In this document: piece by piece, positions 61,984 to 64,000 of the stretch
Layout: every line of letters starts with the position of its first letter
How positions within the stretch are numbered: position 1 is the first letter of the stretch
From: Myxococcales bacterium
GTDB taxonomy: Bacteria > Myxococcota_A > SURF-8
Direction: 5' to 3'
Length of the DNA: 64,000 nt
NCBI GenBank assembly: GCA_003598065.1
Contig: QZKR01000057.1
Span: 7,911-71,910 of the forward strand
Notes under the pieces: model-generated
Seen by the model: only the letters and a program-made list of their open reading frames with translations
What the model was told of the DNA's origin: nothing
Database searches by the model: none
Made by a program: the position numbers and the translations under genes

Positions 61984-64000
61984 TCAGTTCGTCACCTTCA
62001 CCGGCGGCTGGAAAACGCCGTCAACGCGCACGACGCGCCAGCAGATGCGATCGTTGAGTTTCGCCGAACCGGAGAGGGTCGGGAAGAGCGGTTCGGAGTT
62101 CGCCCAGTTGTTGGGATCGTACAGCGTGATCGTGAAGCGGTTGGTGTCCAGGGTGCCGATGCAGAACGGCTGGACGAAGATGTCCATCCACGTCTCGCAG
62201 TCGTTGACGTATTCGGCGCAGACGGTCCAGGGGCCGTCAACGGGATTGGAGACGCGCATATCTTCCGTCGTGCCCGTATCGCCTCCCAGCGACCATTGGG
62301 TCATGACCGCCACGCCGTCGCCCAGGGGGAAGAGGCAGGTGCCGTTCTGGTTGATGTTGTTGTCGGAGCATTTGCCGCCGCGGGGCGACGTGATGCTCAG
62401 GTCCATGTCCACGAGGTTGCGGCCCAGGATGCTGTCGTCGCCGCCGTCGAATTCCAGGATCGCCTGCAGCCCCTGGTCGCCGTTGATCGTGACGAAGATG
62501 TCGAAGGGCTCCGACCAGCAGCCCTCGTTGTCCTGCACTTTAAGCTGGAGATGGTAGTCGCCGTAGATGTCGAAGGTGCCGCAGACGTTCACCCAGTCCT
62601 GGCCCAGCGGGCGAAGGTCCAGCGCGCTTCCCTCGGGCTTGGAGTCGGGAAGGTCGTCGAGCCAGTTGAAGGCGACGATTTCGCCGTCCTCGTCGCCGCT
62701 GATGTTGCCGTAGAAGCAGAGCTTGGTGTTTTCGGGAATGCCCATGATCGGCTGGACGATCGGCGGCCCGTGGCTCTGCGTCGCGGCGCGGGCCTCGGGA
62801 CAGACGTTGGGCAGCCGGCCCTTGCCAAGTATTGGAAATTCCATAAACTCTGCGGTAGGCAGGGTGCTTTGGATCCGCAATTCGCATTTTTTATCGAGGC
62901 CGACATTCTTGGGATTGTAAGTCATGGTGAACAATCCTGGTGTGCCTTGACCCGGCAAAATGCTGCACGCCGTGACCCCTGCGCCAAGCACTTCCTCGCA
63001 GGAGAGGGGTTCTTCGCAAGTGCTGTTATCGATACAGGTGGTGTTATTTGCCAATCCGTGATCATCGAATATTCTGAATTCATTGCAGAGATTCTGATCC
63101 TCTTCGCTGATGAGCTGCAGCCCTTCCACTTTGATCGGAATGCCCGTCCAGTTATAGACGGCCACGGTAAGTTCGGCCACGCACTGCCGACCTTCGCCGA
63201 AACCCATCTCGCGGCATTTTTGATCTTGGGGGCAGTCGGCGTCGCTATTGCAGGTCCCGTCGTGAATGATCTGCAGACCCATGTCCACCGGATAAGGGAA
63301 GACTGAGAGCAGGGCCGATTCCGCCCGGCCTTCGACGTAAACGTCGCTCACCCGTTGCGTCGGATCGTCGGAGTTGTTGACGATCTTGATCGTCTCGCGA
63401 TGAGGATTGACGAAATCGGCCAGCGTTTGCGGCACGTATTCCACGGTGAAAGAATACTCGCATTTCCTCTGCTCGGCAGGGGTCTCACCAAGCGGCACAA
63501 GTTGATGCGGATTCAAGGGATCGATATTGCCATCAAGGATCTTGAAATTGGGATTGACGCCCGAGGCCATGAGAATCTGACTGACAGTGAGGATTTTATT
63601 GCCGTCATCTTTGCCGCAGTTCCAGTAGCAGAATTCTTTCTGCGCCGCCGGCGAACCTAGTTCGACGTTGCCGAAGTTGTGTTCACTCGGCTCAATGCAA
63701 AACGTGGCCGTACCTTTGTAACCGCTGACCATCGGCAGATGGAAGAGCGCCTCGCAGGCGTTGGAGACGATGGACAGGCTTTCCTCGTCGATGCCTTCGT
63801 CGAGCGGAATGTATTTGACGACGATCGGTCCAAAGGACCCGCCGCGCGGAATGACGATTTTTTCTTCGGGCGTAGGCAATTCCGTTTCGATCGTGAACTC
63901 GGCCGTGCCGGTCACGGCGTTGTAGGCGATGTCGTAAATTTCCAGATCGACATCGTCGTTCGAGTCGTTCCGGATGATGAAAGATTGCGTAACGCTATTG
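61984..64000 (-). CDS. Large multi-Ig-like/PKD-like surface protein, paralogue of 3576-5666 (N-terminus beyond the right edge)
   Basis: The track ORF 61984-63915 begins at an internal GTG. The frame stays open to 64000 (..FIIRNDSNDDVDLEIYDIAYNAVTGTAEF). The C-terminus WRVVRVDGVFQPP matches WTLRRVGGLWQPP of the 3576 gene. Confidence 0.8.
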   Translation of the reverse strand, partial: NSVTQSFIIRNDSNDDVDLEIYDIAYNAVTGTAEFTIETELPTPEEKIVIPRGGSFGPIVVKYIPLDEGIDEESLSIVSNACEALFHLPMVSGYKGTATFCIEPSEHNFGNVELGSPAAQKEFCYWNCGKDDGNKILTVSQILMASGVNPNFKILDGNIDPLNPHQLVPLGETPAEQRKCEYSFTVEYVPQTLADFVNPHRETIKIVNNSDDPTQRVSDVYVEGRAESALLSVFPYPVDMGLQIIHDGTCNSDADCPQDQKCREMGFGEGRQCVAELTVAVYNWTGIPIKVEGLQLISEEDQNLCNEFRIFDDHGLANNTTCIDNSTCEEPLSCEEVLGAGVTACSILPGQGTPGLFTMTYNPKNVGLDKKCELRIQSTLPTAEFMEFPILGKGRLPNVCPEARAATQSHGPPIVQPIMGIPENTKLCFYGNISGDEDGEIVAFNWLDDLPDSKPEGSALDLRPLGQDWVNVCGTFDIYGDYHLQLKVQDNEGCWSEPFDIFVTINGDQGLQAILEFDGGDDSILGRNLVDMDLSITSPRGGKCSDNNINQNGTCLFPLGDGVAVMTQWSLGGDTGTTEDMRVSNPVDGPWTVCAEYVNDCETWMDIFVQPFCIGTLDTNRFTITLYDPNNWANSEPLFPTLSGSAKLNDRICWRVVRVDGVFQPPVKVTN

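Overview
High-GC chromosomal window from a diderm (Gram-negative-type) bacterium. Hand counts of single 60-nt lines give 44/60 G+C at 10261-10320. I cannot place the lineage; several traits (Cys+TM+Arg C-terminal tails, Cys-rich repeats) recall Myxococcota-like or uncultured relatives.

Layout:
- 1-3289 (minus strand): four-gene CsgG / DUF799 / FlgT-N-like / LPP20 lipoprotein operon.
- 3576-6759: a multi-Ig-like lipoprotein followed by a sugar-nucleotidyltransferase.
- 6828-22994 (minus strand): a tightly packed division/cell-wall cluster, mraZ-STAS-rsmH-ftsL-ftsI-murE-murF-mraY-ftsW-murG-murC-ddl-ftsQ-ftsA-ftsZ. It carries an extra STAS gene and lacks murD and murB.
- 23095-23158: a sigma70-like promoter followed by four TGGG repeats at 10-bp spacing (MraZ-operator-like).
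- 23414-33710: a long RelA/SpoT homologue whose synthetase motifs look degenerate, a Dph6-like ATP pyrophosphatase, a papain-like peptidase with a C-terminal sorting tail, DUF2804, an aminotransferase, and guaB-guaA.
- about 33725-38950: a markedly AT-richer island directly after guaA. It holds an FGE-sulfatase/DUF1566 lipoprotein and a 1011-codon gene. That gene's lipoprotein signal peptide sits in another frame, and it carries two G8 tracts.
- 38954-64000: many lipoproteins sharing acidic D-G-D linker modules, korAB, a dodecin, metY, a DUF4258/DUF2283 toxin-antitoxin-like pair, rlmH and rsfS, and a partial paralogue of the 3576 gene at the right edge.

I found no rRNA, tRNA, CRISPR array, integrase or transposase. 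All family names come from reading the translations and from memory of motifs; none was confirmed by a search. The many long Arg/Gly/Ala-rich ORFs lying antisense or out of frame to real genes are treated as high-GC artefacts.
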